This document shows, one piece after another, positions 37,301 to 52,094 of a stretch of DNA of 64,000 nt. Made by a program: the position numbers and the translations under genes. The notes beneath the pieces were generated by a model, which did not search any database, had not been told where the DNA came from, and was given only the letters and a program-made list of their open reading frames with translations. Position 1 is the stretch's first letter, and each line of letters starts with the position of its first letter. Source of the stretch: Gavia stellata (taxonomy: Eukaryota); the NCBI RefSeq assembly GCF_030936135.1, contig NC_082594.1, positions 19,586,879 to 19,650,878 of the forward strand, written 5' to 3'.

Positions 37301-38422
37301 AAAGAAAACTTAATAAACCTGACAGATCAAAAGCATCTGAAACCATTGCATCACTCAGCATTGGAAGTTACAGTTAAAATTTAATGAGCTTGTTTTATGT
37401 CAGGTTCTAGAAATTCTGAGTGAGACTTACGTTTACATACAGATTTTGAAACAAATGCAGAAAAGTCTGCTGTGAACTAAATACAGTTAAATAAGCACAA
37501 CTAGCATAGAGTTTAGTAGTATCAGTATTGCTCTACTAGTTTAATGGAAGTCAGGATACCATTGTGCTACACACTGTGCAAACAAGTTTACAACTACACA
37601 ATCTGAGCTGAGAGAACCACTAAGAAAATTTTAGAGACATTTAAATAGGCATAGTTTCATTAATATCAATTTTTTTTATTTCAAAATATTTTTTAAATTG
37701 TTTTAAAGTAGCAAAAAAGTGTATAGGCAAAGCCTAAGAGACAGTTTTCTCAGATTTTACAGTTTTAAGACTACAAGACTACATCAGCATAAACTTTCTA
37801 TTATAGAAAAATACTTATATATAGTTAAGATGTGATGACCTCACTAATTCGAGGATATTTTGAATCTTCCAAAAACTAGGGGGGAACCTAGTTTCAAGGA
37901 AAACATCCTAGATTGTGCATAATCCAAACTTTCACTAATTTAAAAAAACAGCATTCCTAAGGAATTGTGAAACTCACAGCACATGTACTTCTGAAGTGTT
38001 AGCAATGCTGCTTTACACAACTTCACACAACAGTCCCCATTCCCTCCTGCAGGATTCCTTACCTGTCATTTTTGCAGCAGGTGCCAAGTTAGGCCAGTGT
38101 CCTAACCTCCTCTTCCAAAATAATGACAGCAGAATTGATTATCTCTCTGGGGCTAAAATCTCTGAAGCCATAAGACTGTGCTGGGGGAAAGGGCAGGGCA
38201 AGCTGTGGTCGCACGGTCCTTATAAAGAGCAACAACTCAAGATTCACTCAAAGAGCTTTCAAGTCCTTCATTTGAAAATGTAAAATTTAACAATACTAAG
38301 CAATATATACATCTATATTGAAATGAAACCTAGTAAGGAAGCATTCAAATACCTAAGCATGTAATAGGTTTTCAATGTTAATTCATATAAAGTTCAATAA
38401 AGTCAAAGCTTTATTTAGATGA

Positions 38423-38690
38423 CAGAATCACAGAAGGATTAATGTTAGAAGGGACCTCTGCAGGTCATCTGGTCCAAACCCCCCACTCAAGCAGGGCCAC
38501 CTACGGCCAGCTGCCCAGGACCATGTCCAGATGGCTTTTGATATCTCCAAGGATGGAGACTCCACAACCCCCCTGGGCAACCTATGCCAGTGCTTGGTCA
38601 CCCTCACAGTAAAAAATGTGTTTCCTGATGTTCAGAAAGAGCCTCCTGTGTTTCAGTCTGTGCCCACTGCCTCTGGTCCTGTTAAAAGAT
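38423..38690 (-). mobile_element. CR1 3' fragment (about 270 bp)
   Basis: The plus strand reads gacagaatcacagaaggattaatgttagaagggacctctgcaggtcatctggtccaaacc...ggcaacctatgccagtgcttggtcaccctcacagtaaaaaatgtgtttcctgatgttcag. It is the reverse complement of the CR1 3' region and parallels 14840-15070. Confidence 0.75.
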
Positions 38691-41600
38691 TTGGTAATTC
38701 ATTGTGCAATTAAATAATTTCCTTCCTATGGTAAGTCTGCTGGGTGGCAATTTTTATCTTTGATTACTCCATGCCAAATACAGAACACCAGCTTCTAGCT
38801 TCCACCAAAATAAAGCCGTATCTGGTAGAAAATCTTACATTAGATTCAAAATACACAGGAAATGGAATCTGTATTTCAAGACAAAGACAACAGAACAGCA
38901 TTAACAAACTGCAGGGTACCCTGCAAATGTTTTATCACATATCAATCCACTGACATAAAGACTTACCTGTTTATGAAAAAAACACAAAGCAATGTTGAAT
39001 AAAGGTACCACTTCTCATGAAAACTTGTGTTTTGCAGAGATGAAGGCATTTACAGATGTGTTTCGATATGACATAACTAGTCCTTGCAACAAACGAAGCC
39101 TATACTTGCCCAGTCTAAGCATGTTACTATTCAGACCTGGGCTAAAAGTTGTGCATACCACCACCAAGGAACCTGTGAAAATTTTTAAGGCAGAACATGT
39201 GGCAAACTCAACCGCATAAAACTGAAGAGCAGAGATTCTGTACTTTCTGCTGTTGTACAAGCTTCGTGTGGCAAGCTGGGACTCAAACTTGGCTTTTTGT
39301 TCATTACTTGCACAATTGGACATATTGCTGATGCTGCACTAAGATTTACCTCAACTTTCTACTACCATTTTACTGTCCTTATTTTAGTAGAAGCAGCTAC
39401 CACCTGTAAGATAATGTTATCAATTCCTACCCAAAGAGAAAGAGCTTTCTAAGTGAATATCAAACATTAAAAAAAGCATTAAGCCTCAGCTCTCACATAC
39501 GTAGAGCTAAGGAAGCACCTGCTAACATGTAATGAAGAGGACTGAAAAGCACAACATTCAGAATAATTTCAACTTTGAATAACAGATTTAACTATCAGGC
39601 ATCTCAGTGTATGTTAGGAGTACTATTAAAAGTAACCCTTCCGCTATCTGGCCCCCTTAAAAGACACTCCAGGTGGCTACAACTTTCTTCTCTTGAGAAC
39701 AACAAAGTACAAAGGCCTTAATGATGAAACTACGTTTGCACAGGACTAAGCTAAGACCGCATGGTAAAAAATAGGGAACTTCTTTTGTTATCATCTTACG
39801 TACAAAGGCAGTCAGTTGGCATCGTATTCAAGACTAAAATAGTTCGAATCAAAGATGTTGACCGTTAGCACTATTTTTTGTCATGGTTCCTTCAGATTTC
39901 AAGATGCAAGCTCATACTGCGATTCTCACATAAAAATATGCATTTAGAAGCTGTCAAAATTATGTCAGGTGACAAATTTTAAATATCAACACATTAATGA
40001 GAAAATTGTTATGAATACAGACTAGAATATAAAAGCTGTTACTTCAGTTACCTGTTTGTGACTTCTGATGTACACAAGGAAAAAAAATCCATTCTCACAC
40101 ACAACTAACATTTGCTATGTCTTGAAAAAGAAACTTCACATAAGCAAGCAGCAGCTTCTCCAATGAAGTCCGCATTTCAAACCGAAGTTCTGCATTCTGA
40201 TGCATCAATTTCTTTGAAAGGTTAACAGAACATTTACCTGTTATCAGATTCTTCTACTACTTTTTACAGACAATCTTCAAAGAGCTCACAGTTTGCTCTC
40301 CTATTCTGCTCAACCTTGTTTTTGCCTTCTCATAACTTTATTTCCATCTTATTTAAAAGCCTGTTTCGGTCAACTCACTTTCATTACGAGCTCTGCAAAA
40401 TCTCGCATCTGATCAGCATCTGATTGCTGAGTATGCTCTGACAGGGTATATTTCTGCATAAATTTTGAGTGATTCTAGTTTACACCACACTATGTATACT
40501 GAAATAAATGTAGATATCCAGAAAGTTTAAAGATGCACCTCAACACCTGGAGGTAGAACCAGGTCTTTGCATCTTTATTACAAAATTAGGGAATCAGACT
40601 GAAATAATCATCCAACAGATTCATATCAAAGGAATTTGTGTTGTTGACAGTACAAGTGTAACCAGTTTATATTTTCTGAAAATTTGCATGTAATATTTAT
40701 TAAGTCTCTACCCAAGCTTGCTCAGATCAAGACCTCATTGAGAATACCACATTTATAGTTCATGAAAGGTAACGTATGGAAGCGCACTGACATGACTGAG
40801 AAGGTGTAAACTAAGAGTACTGTAGCTGGCAAGAGCAAATGCTGATTTAAGCGGTCCACGACTATACCACCCTCAACCCGCAACTGCAGTAGCTGCCACT
40901 GTGCAACTGATATTTACTGAACAGAAGAGATGAAGACTTTGAAAAGCATCCTTGTAGGCATAAAGGAACTTCATTAACTGAGGCAGGTGAAGCAACTGCT
41001 GAAACAACCGAAGGCACTACCATATTCAAAGTCCTGGGAAGGTTACAACAGTCATGTAGCTGTACACACACCCAATCAGCAGACAAGCCACGTCAGGTGC
41101 TGACTGTTCAACTACTCAGATTTACCACTGTGGCAAGATAATTCTGTTCTTCATAAACTTAAATCCTGACAATCCTATTCTTCTTTTGTCACGATCACTG
41201 CAAAGATGACACTTTCCTGCAATAAGAACAGGATCAGATTTGGGCAGCATTTGTTTTTAAACAGGAGCTCTCTAAACTCATGACAAAGTCCTCTATTGAA
41301 AGCACTGGTAATTAAGTTACACATATTTGAACTTCAATCCTTTCCCAACACAATTATGTCTTGTATATTTAGGCTTGCCCTGCATGTCATTAATAAAGTT
41401 CCACCTCTGTTTCTTTAAGGTTACGTAGACAAAAACTGAAAATACGAGAAAATGTAGCCAGCTCCCCAATAACATTACTCTTCTCCATATCTTAATGAAA
41501 CACAGGCTTTCAGACTTACTTTGTCCAGTAAAGCATGTATTTTACTTACGTGTTTACACTGAACTAGTTTCATTTATGGCAGAACTCTGAAGTAACATTT

Positions 41601-44600
41601 AAGAATTTTAGATTAAGTTTACCAAGAGTCGTATTTGGCATTTTTAATTCTATGATAGCTTCCAAAACTTTAGAAGAAAGAAACTGAAAGATGAGGTCAA
41701 ACCACATCTTCATGCTTTTACACATTACTATCTCCCCCATCTGTAAACCCATGAAGAGCACTTACCTACTTTTAATTTTCTGTATTAGTATTTCCACAGA
41801 CCTATGGGTCAAGAAAGGGTACCTATCTATTTTTTTAAGTTCTCATATATTCTGTCACTTCATTATTGTGTATTGATTTACACAAAAGAGAAACTTCAAA
41901 ATTAAATTATTCCAGAACGAAGTCTTTTTCCCCCCGTCAGGAAGAGCCATAAATCCTTTTTAACACAACAGGTTAATAATACATACACGATACTCGTACA
42001 CTAACAAAATACATATGGAGATATATGTAATGACTTGCCAAATCATATAAAGAACTGTTCTTAATGTGTACCTGACATCTGATTCTTTCCTTTAACCCAT
42101 TTCCACCAAGTTTAATATTACATCCCCCAAATGAAGTTTTATATAGCTCGTATCTTCCACATCATCAGGAAAAGTTAAAGCTTTTTACAATAAAAGAAAA
42201 CCTGGTACACAGAACAGGAAACAAAATCCTGAACGGCATGGATAAGGATACCCAGAGCAGGCCAGTGACAGTCTTCAAAGATGAATAATTTGGCCCAATC
42301 CTACAGCCAGCATGTCACGTTATGCCCTCACATCACTTCTAAAGCTTTGCAGCAGCTTGCAGAATTTTCATCGTAATACTAACAGAAGGTTAGGGTTGAG
42401 TCACAATGTCCTCAATGTCAGGCCAGTGAAAGATTTAAAGCTCAAATACTTCACAAATATGTAAGATCTCTAGTAAAATAAAGTTTTCCCACCTTCTTTA
42501 AAGATACACCATTCAGCTTCCTTGACACTGGGCAGTTTTGAAGATACCTGATTTTTAAACAATTTTGATTTATATTTTCATTACAATAATATGAAGATTC
42601 TACATTACCAGTTTTCCCACCTGAGGCCTCAGGAATTAAGCAACGTACAATAATCAATCCCTTACCCTCCCCCAAAAATCTAGATGAACACTTTCAAACC
42701 TGCGAGTACTTCTGTGACTACTACAGCAATAAAGCAGAAATGCAAATGTATCAAGGTTCTGGGCACCGAGTTTTAAAATCAGTATTTATTTCCCAAAAAT
42801 ATCAGATACCTAGGAAATTCAGGTTTATGGTTAACTGGAAGAAGAAAAAGATACATGAAAGAATTCATTTCAAAGGTAGTAAGAATAATGTTCAAGATCA
42901 GCTTTTACCCAATTAGTCTTAAAGGCACAACATACTGTCAGACTTCAGTAACTACCATCGCTTGAATTATCCTATTTCTGATATTCATACTCCATCTCCA
43001 TCATCTCCAGTAAAGTACATGTGCGTAATCTAACCAATTCTATTTTTAAGGTGCTAACAATGAAGTAATACTTACAACAGGGTAAAATAAAACAAATTAT
43101 ATTTCTTGTTAAGTCTTTATAACAGTTTCAAACAATGGTCCCAATTTAAAGACTAAAAATGCATGCCCAGTAACATAATGCAACTCAGAACAAGAGCATG
43201 ATCTCTCCACAGGCTTGTACCTTCCTCCGCCGCCCAGTGGACTGGCTTACTCTAACTCAATACAGTTTTTAAAGTTTTACTTTAAAAATGATGAAACTCA
43301 AACTAATTTTTTAATATATATTTAATACAACTTGGGGGAGTTACAGTACTATTCAGAGCAAACATCAAGTCATTTGTGATTAATTTACTGTCTTGTACAC
43401 ATGCTTGTGCTTAAAACCATATTATCTATGGAAACTAAACTCAGAAATATTTTTTTCTTTTACATTAATAATGAAGTGGCCTGTAAGCAGGAAAAAAAAA
43501 AATCTAGATGTAATCATGCATGGAAGTATACCAAGTGATTTTATTCTCCTGAGCCAGCTATGATTTCAGAAATAGTAAGAAGCATCCAGGACTTCCGTTT
43601 ACTTCCCTAATAAACACGTTTTCATGACTTGCTACTTTTTTCCCCATACGCAATAGAAAAAGCATATTTTGCTCAAAACATGCAGAGTAAACACAAAACA
43701 GAAAGCAAGCTTAGCAATGAAAAACCCTCCTAAACAAGTTACGTACTACTAAACAAATGCTCTAGTACCCCCCTTCAAAGACATCTATCTGCATTCAGTA
43801 GTGTGAATAAAATAGGAAACTGTACACAACTGTGATGCAAGAATGACGCTGAACATGCATTAAGTAATATTACAAAAACTACACAAAGCATAACATGGCA
43901 ACGATAAACTGGCACATACACCAAAATGGTTCTAAAAGCATAGCCATCCCAACTGCCAAGGTGACATAAATTTCACTATAATTCACAGTAATTCAATATA
44001 TGACAATTACTTTATACATTTTCTTTCAAAACTCTGAACATTCAGTTTTTGCAATGTAATAATTGTATTCTTCACACACTAAGGCAGAAACTTTATTCGT
44101 ATTATTTGGCACAGCTCTGGTTCTGAAAATATCAGATGTGGAACTGCTACTGATACAATGCTGGAAGTTCTAGAAGCATAACGCTCCACACCGGAACAAA
44201 ACGGAAGATGAACTACTGTTTCATTATTAAAATTTTCCTTCTGTACCTTCTGGAAAAGGCTTCTGATTTTAAGTTGATTAAAACTGGAGCTGGAGCTTAC
44301 CTTTCACATGCTCTGTCCCTTAAAAGTGGAACATAATATATGGAACAATGCAATGGTATTGTATCAAAGAATGAAGAACTTTAGCATTTTAAAAGACAGT
44401 ATTTCCCATCTTTGTAATTGCAGTTTACGTATTTTCTTCCAAGAAAAAGTGCATGTGAATAGTCTTGCTTCTCTAAAGCAACTGTGTATATCATCTTTCC
44501 TGGAGAAAGCATATTTCCGTAATTCTGTATTTTACTGGCTTGCATGTAACCTTCTTGGCAACTGCAGGAAGTGAACAGACAGATCAAGCTCAACATTTTA

Positions 44601-45490
44601 GTGTACGGTTTTTTCTTCATGACTTCAAATACCTGCCCTCTTGGGACAACTATCACCAAGAATGTAAAACATAACCATGCTATTCAGACATCTAAAGCCC
44701 TAAGTGTATTTCTTACCTATTTTTTCTAATCTATGTATTTCTTAGAAGTACTGAAAAGTCATCCAAACTCACTTAATAAGAACCTATATAAAACTACATT
44801 CTCTATGTGGCATGTAGATACAGCACAAACTAACCTATGTCCACACAGTGACGAAGAGTCTTGCTCTACTGCCCACTCCTTGCTGTTCTTTCCTTCCACA
44901 CTGAAATGAGCAGAATCCGTAATTTTCACTGGGTTTCTTTTACCCTGCCCATTGCATGGGCACAGAGATGCAAGAGTGGCACAAAGCAGGCAGGAAGCAG
45001 GACCAAGCAGCAAGGAGGGCAAAGGGCTATTCCTATCTGCAGCAATGCATGTATTGAATTATTATTATTTTAAACATGCACACAAAGATTTCAGATTTCC
45101 CATTAGCGTACAAATATTTAAAACATTTGTAAGCAGCTTGAAAGACCACTTCCAGCTGGCAGTTCAAAGACTGCATTCTACAGTACTGCGATAGCTCGCT
45201 TATGCAGGGTTTGTTCCTGCAATTTTACACTAGATAAAAATATTTAAAGTTTAGTAACAGCACTGCAGAATAAATCCTTTTACAGCAAATAATGAACAGT
45301 AATGGAATTTTTTAAAAAAAGAAACACATTAAAATGCCCAAAACACCAAGAGCAAACAGCTGCAAAAAGAATTACAATAAATCCTTGTGGGTTTTACACC
45401 TTTTTAGATTTATTACATTTCCTCTTCCAACTTGCTTATGTGGTTTTCCACCTTGTTTAAGTATATATGGTTATTTAAAGAGGGAAAACC

Positions 45491-45577
45491 TGTTTTGCTT
45501 GGGGGGAGGGTTAGGCATTGGGGGGGTTTTGGTTTTTTTGGGAAGGGTGTTTTCTTTTGGTGGGTTTTTTTTTTTCT
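45491..45577 (+). repeat. G/T-rich low-complexity block, intergenic
   Basis: ttgcttggggggagggttaggcattgggggggttttggtttttttgggaagggtgttttcttttggtgggtttttttttttc. Confidence 0.8.
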
Positions 45578-48500
45578 TTCAAATATTCATTAACATTACT
45601 GTCCCTTTCACATAAATAAAAAATTGATTACAATGAAATTAAGGTAAAAAACTAATGAAAATACCTCAATCCTACCCCATAATTACTCATAAATATTCAC
45701 TATTTTATTTTCCTTTACACCATCTTCTGTTTGGTGCTTCTCTGGCTGTGACACATAGGTGTAAGACTGGATTCTCACTCGTTTGATGAGAAGCTAACAC
45801 TCTTAAAATCAGCTGTTTCATACTTACAAGAACATGAGGTGTCTACGCTGTATACAGTTGCTGTATCCAGCCACAAAAATCAACTCCTACAGAACAATTT
45901 CATAACAACAACATAGAAGAAATATATGCACTTGCAGTGACCCTACCCTACATTCCACGAATATTAAAATTTTTCTGATATTCCTTGGCCATCTGCACAA
46001 CACTAAACTCAAAGTTTAAAAAAAATCCCAGACATTAAGGTAACTGATATTTCCATCTTTTCCATTAAAAATTAATTAGTTTGTGGTTTTCATGTATAAC
46101 AAAGCTTTCAAGTTATTTTTGTGAATCTGGTGTAGATATAAAATTAAACCACATTTCTCCCATTTTTATTATGTTACTTTATTCCCCCCCCATCTTTTTT
46201 CAATTTACATACAGGACACTTCACACTGATTCCTGTTCAAGCTTCTATGCAATTTTTTTCTACTGAGAAATCAAAGGCAAGAACAGTATCTTTATTCTCA
46301 CTGCACTTTTTTCAAGTCAAACACTTAATGTCCCACATACAGTTAGCATGTAAATTCAATCAAATTACACAGCTATGCTTTACTCTACGGAAATTAAGAT
46401 ATAAAAGCACACTAGCAAAACTAGGAACAATAGAAGCTCTAGACAAATCATTTACCAAAACAAATGGAAAAACTTTATCAACACGTGTATGCAATAACAC
46501 AGTTCCTTTTGAATCTCATACCTCTTATTATAAGCATTTTGTCCTCTATTCAAGGGACTACATACAATCAACAAGTTTTTACCCACATTTGCAAAGTTGT
46601 TTTTTCCTTTTAGTGTGACTGGGTTATAAAATAATCATTATATGAAAGCATTTTTTTAAAATGGTTTTACCTGTAAGTATGCTATGCTTATCTCTGAACT
46701 TGAACTTTTCTGAATAATTCCTTCAATTAGGAAAAAATGGTTGCTGTTCTAAACTGCTTTTCTGAAGAAACCCATCTATTACTGCTTTTAGAAGTCAGGC
46801 TGAAGTCATTAATTCAATTTTCAATTATATTAATTCTCATAGTAGCTTAAGGAAGTTCAAGATGGAAAAGACCTATTAAATCTATCCCACTGGAAACAAA
46901 CACACTGAGGGCTTTTTTCCATACATTTAAAATAATCAAAAGTATTATTTTCATGTAAATTTAATGTTCAGTTTATCTATTCTACAACTTGTATTTTAGA
47001 CAGAAGATAATTTTTATAAACTTCAGTATTTCATGGATTACTGTGGAAAAAAAACCTGAAATGCCTACAGCTATGATTTTTGAAGTATTTTATGGGGAAA
47101 ACCCCAAAACTATTAACAAAACAGATTTCTTCTAACGTCAAAACACCAAATTTATGAGACCACCCTCTAAGACTAAGTATATTTTACAATATATCCCAAA
47201 AGGCAAAAAAAAGCCAATCCAATGGGAAAAATTATACCTGACATTAAGTATTGCAAGTTTTTAGTCAACCCTTCTATGGTTATTAAGTTCTCACATTTCA
47301 TTGAATGGATTTTTAAGAAAGCAAATGCTTTTCAGATAATACAGTCCAACATGTGCCACTAAACCAGCACTGAATAGCCAATAATCTAAAGGAGTAATGT
47401 CCAACCTCCACACTTTCCATAGGCCACACTCACCCCCTCCTCACTATTAAAGAATCAAGGAAGTTTGGACTGATATTCCCTCATGCTGGAGGTGAGCTAA
47501 CAGCCCAAGGAAAGCACCAAATCCCAAGATGGTTCTGCATCTTAGCAATAGCACAGTGCCCAAATTAATAAATTCAGGGCTCCTGTGAAGACAATTAAAT
47601 TGCATTTGAAATATGTGCTCTCTCAAGTACCCCAGTCTTGGCCGCAAGCACAAGCTAACAAGAAATGCTGGATGCAGACTCTGTAAAACCACCTATGGAT
47701 ATGCACCACTTCAAGTCTTAGGAATGGGATTGAGAATCCATTCACATTTGCAGTCCAATGTAAACTGACCCCATCAGTCACTACCCAGCCTTCCCTGCCA
47801 TTTTAATAGTTCAGTTACAATATATTTTGACTTGCCTTCACTAAGAAAGGAAGAATTATGATCCAACTTGTTACACAAAAAATTGTATTTTAAGAACTAT
47901 GCCAAAAAATTAGTTTCTACAACATGCTTAGGTAAAATGAGCTTCACGCCATCAGAGCACACCACTCATTTGCTGAACATCTCACTTCAAAGCATATTCT
48001 CCCTTTAAAAGGCCTAAGGGGGGTTGTTTTTCCCTTGAGAATCTTCCTTTACATCAGTTATTTCAGCATTTTTGAGACAGGTTAGAGGCACATTGTGACC
48101 GTTTAACAATCAGTACTTCATAAAAGTCAATGCATTTGTATGTAGTGTCTTTTAAAAGAATTTTTAATTACAGATTATTCTATTTTTCAAGTTTAAAAAA
48201 TCTGAAATCAAAAGTGGAAAAGGGGAAAAATTAGTTTGGTATAGTATTTTAAAATACGACAGTGTACTTTAGATCAGAATGCTCCTCAAAGAATGCACAC
48301 TACAAAATCCTATTGGAATATGGTTAAAATTAAACGTAACATTTGGTTCATATTGTCTTGTTGCCATCTATTTTAACCTTTTGTTCTAATAAGAGTCTCC
48401 AGTTTATCGTATCTTTATGTCTAACTGGATAAAATAGATGTGGACAATAAATAAAACAACTTGAGGTCAAGAATTTTCTTTTAGATAATCCATAGTCATT

Positions 48501-51500
48501 TGTAAGTATCTTTCTCTGGAAATAAATACAGTTAAGTATATCTGAATCACCACCAAGTTTCCGAAGGTGTCAATGTGCTTCATCTAATGAGCACATTACA
48601 CAGAACTACAAAGAAAGAAACTCACAATCAAAATTAATTTTATTTTTTTAAGTGCCAAATAGCTCCCCTTTAAATGACTGACATGATAAATGCAAATGCA
48701 GTTAGACAAACTGGATTCTGGTGGTACTGTTTTCTTTTATTTAAACGGAATAGTAAAGCTTTGCTGTCTTGAAATATTAAAATTTTATCTCACATGAAAA
48801 TTAAGCAGTTTAGACCGAAATTTCAGGAATAATCTAAAAACTCAGTAAGTACAACCAGAAGTAAGTGCATTGTAGTTGTCAATTTCATACCCTTTCCAAG
48901 CTTATTTGTTTTACCACAGCATACAGCAGAGAGAGTCACAATTTCACTGTGCTTTCTAGTCAAACAGACCAAAGACAGTTAAAAAATTAAGTACATGTGT
49001 ACACAGAAAAAACGATAAATTGATCGGCCAGACAAGGAACAAGAAATATTAGTCACTTCCAGCACATGGGCAGCACCTTCAAGCAAAAATGCTCATTGGC
49101 CACATCTACATACCATTTTTAGGAACCAAATTGGGACCATTCTTTTTATCAGAAAATTTTGTGTTTATCATATAGCCAGTTACAACCACATATGGTAAAA
49201 CAAAAATCGCTGCCTTTACTGTTGAGCTGTATACAATCAACATAGCAAGGCCACCCTAAGAAAGCTTTTATTAAGAGCAGAATACAGCAGCCTGTCATCA
49301 GCTACAAAAAGAATTCTTCATTAAATCTTTAATGTGTGCCCAAATTCAACATTTCAGTATTTACTTTTTAGGACTTAAAGGCTTGGTTCATGGATATTTA
49401 AAAAGAGATTAGATGATCTTCCACAGTAAGGACAGAAGACAAATCCACTGCTACCATACAGCAGAGCCATCCAAGTCAGAGTTTTACAGGAAGGGTAGCT
49501 CACAACTGTGGAATGAACATCACTAATATTAAAATCTACAGTAACTTCCAAATACATATATACCTCTGCTGGCTAGCAAAAACGCAGTGCAATACAGACA
49601 CACTTAAAATAGCATGAAGGTGGCAAAGAGAGAATGAACCACGTTTTGCAAATTTGGTACGTTTAATGTACTTCTGAAACATAATCAGATACTAGAAGGA
49701 TGAGTGTGTAAATATCTGAACAAGTATACAGGAGTTAGCCAAAAGGACTGAATGGCACAGCCTTTTCCTTTGAAAAACTGAACAGACCTCTTGAACCTAG
49801 TTCAAGTTACATTTAAAACATGTTCCCCTTACAGCTTTACAGTTTAGCATTACCAACTCACACCAGTACTTTCTCAATCCCCTTTAAAAAATGCCACGTA
49901 CAAGGGCAGAAAAGATGAGACAAAAGTAATCTAGTATTTAGACACCTTACTAGACACCAATGTAACCTGCATTTTCAACTGAATGTAGTACACCAAAGCA
50001 GAGCACTTAAGTAGTTGCTATATACAAACACTAGTTTACACCTAGTGAAAAAAAAAGCAATTTTCCCAAATGTTGAGTTTTAGGCATAGTGTGCTAAGTA
50101 AAACCAGCTGCAGATTTTTTTGGAAGAATGAATGCTGTAATGTGATACATATATCAAGTAGGGGAAAGAGTATTTCAGACTTTAAACCTAACTCACTGTT
50201 GCATTACAAACTATAAAGTGTGGCATGTATCTGAAGTCGAGCAAAAAAGGGCAATGTTAAAGACAGCCTAGAGGAAAATGCTCAGTAGTTACAGACATCA
50301 CAAGGAAGGACCTACACATGTGATAACTCCTGAATTGTATGAAAACAATCTCTATCTTAAGCCATATGACACTGGCAATTTAAATAACAGTGTACTTCCA
50401 AAATGCCAGCAATGCCACTATTTTTCTGTTACCCATTTGCTCACAATTCCAATTCAAGACCACCACTGCTATATTAAGAAGTAACACATACATGCTCTCT
50501 CTGCTGCTTGCATCCCATGCTTTGAGCTATGTATATACCATTCTGATATTATTAGGGCAGCATGTTATCTCAAATCAGTTTTTAATCAATTTAGTATCAC
50601 TATTCATGCAGATAAATTTTAGTACTTTTTATTTCTGAAAACATGAGTGAACTGATAAACAAAGAACACTAATATTTTAAAACTATTTTGCACAGGAAAA
50701 AAGCAATAGTAACCAAAAATATCCCTACTTTCTTGCCATTACAGGAATAGAACCAATAGGCCTTTTCCATCATCTTCCATGACTGACAAAATCTGAATCA
50801 TATTAAACTTCCTAACAGCTTTACCAACAGTTTTATCTTAAGCCTCAATCAGGAAATCTAGCCTGAGTTGTGTTGGAAATAGTTATTTTTCAAATTCATC
50901 ATTATGTAAAACATTTATCAAGAATACTCATGTGCCATCCTTCTAAATGCATATTACTCTACTGTAAGTTAACAATTATTTTAACTGGAAAACATATATT
51001 TGCCTCCTAATTAAACATTTAATCATTGATAACAGACTTGTTTCTAGTCAAACCAACCATTCGAGAAAATGTATACTTATAATGATGCATTACACAGTGG
51101 AAGGCTTTAAACCAGCTTGCACAGATGTCTCCTTCCTTGCAATGGCAAGATACTTTAATGATCAGTAGAACACACAGATGTCACAAAGATTTTTCTTCTG
51201 TAGAAGTATGGTTTAGGTAAATTCATTCATACTGTTATGAATAAAGCATACATACAGATTCCTTTTCCAAAGTTTTCCCTCCCCCCCGAAATTTTCCAAT
51301 AATTTGAGTAATGGATACACTCTGCTGATAAGCCTATCATGACTAAGTTTGCAAAGGGAGACTGAGATGCAAGGACACAGCATCCTTGAGAACACTTAGT
51401 ATAAAATTTGGTGCTCTTCAGAAGTCAAAACAAAAAAAAGCAGTTGTGTTATAAATCATTCATAGTACCTACTGCAACATGCAGTTTAGCTAAACAGATT

Positions 51501-51639
51501 CACTATTAAGAATGGAACTTTCTTGACACATAGTAGAAACTACATGAGAATGGAAATGATGCCACTTTTAATTAAGCATAAAATTCTCACCCAGTATTAG
51601 TAATAACATTCCCAAAATCCTTTCAAGTGATTTTTATTT

Positions 51640-51656
51640 TATTGTAATCAGATAAC
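51640..51656 (-). other. PSPC1: Candidate PSPC1 polyadenylation signal(s) (AATAAAATAAAAA on the minus strand), about 255 nt 3' of the stop codon
   Basis: The plus strand reads tgatttttattttattg at about 51639-51656, giving tandem AATAAA hexamers on the minus strand downstream of the TAA. No EST or RNA evidence is available. Confidence 0.3.
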
Positions 51657-51908
51657 TGCATGTTTTACAGCATAGTCACACATTGTATTTTGCCAGAGTC
51701 ACAAACACATTGCCTTACATAATGATCCGCATCATTTCTGCTCTATACTACAAAGCCTATGACTGAATACAAAAGAAGTTTTACAAAAGAAACTGTTTTA
51801 AAGACTACAATAACAATAAAACCGTTTCCAGATAACAGCTAAAATTATAAAGGCATATCACTGTATAGTTTTACTGGAATTTCTAAACAGTAAGGAATGA
51901 AATAAGTT

Positions 51909-52094
51909 TTAGTATCTGCGACGCTTGTTAGGTCCTTCAAAGTTGCCCCCTGGGTTTCCTCTACCAAAGCCACCAGGTCCACCACTCACGGCACCTACAC
52001 CACTCATTGGCGGCTGAGGAGTTTCAGAGCCCGTTCTACTAACCAGAGGTGAACCCATCTGTGATGGACCTCCTTGAGGGAATCTTTCATTATG
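51909..52094 (-). CDS. PSPC1: PSPC1 terminal coding exon (61 codons + TAA stop at 51911-51909)
   Basis: On the minus strand the acceptor is ...ttAG, seen as ctaa at 52095-52098 on the plus strand. It encodes [61 protein letters not shown] (human PSPC1 C-terminus [61 protein letters not shown]). Confidence 0.9.
   Translation of the reverse strand, partial: HNERFPQGGPSQMGSPLVSRTGSETPQPPMSGVGAVSGGPGGFGRGNPGGNFEGPNKRRRY

Noticed and set aside
45334-45615. 93-aa + ORF in the intergenic region
   Set aside because: It overlaps the G/T-rich low-complexity block 45491-45577. Its translation is poly-G/F/L junk (GGGLGIGGVLVFLGRVFSFGGFFFF).
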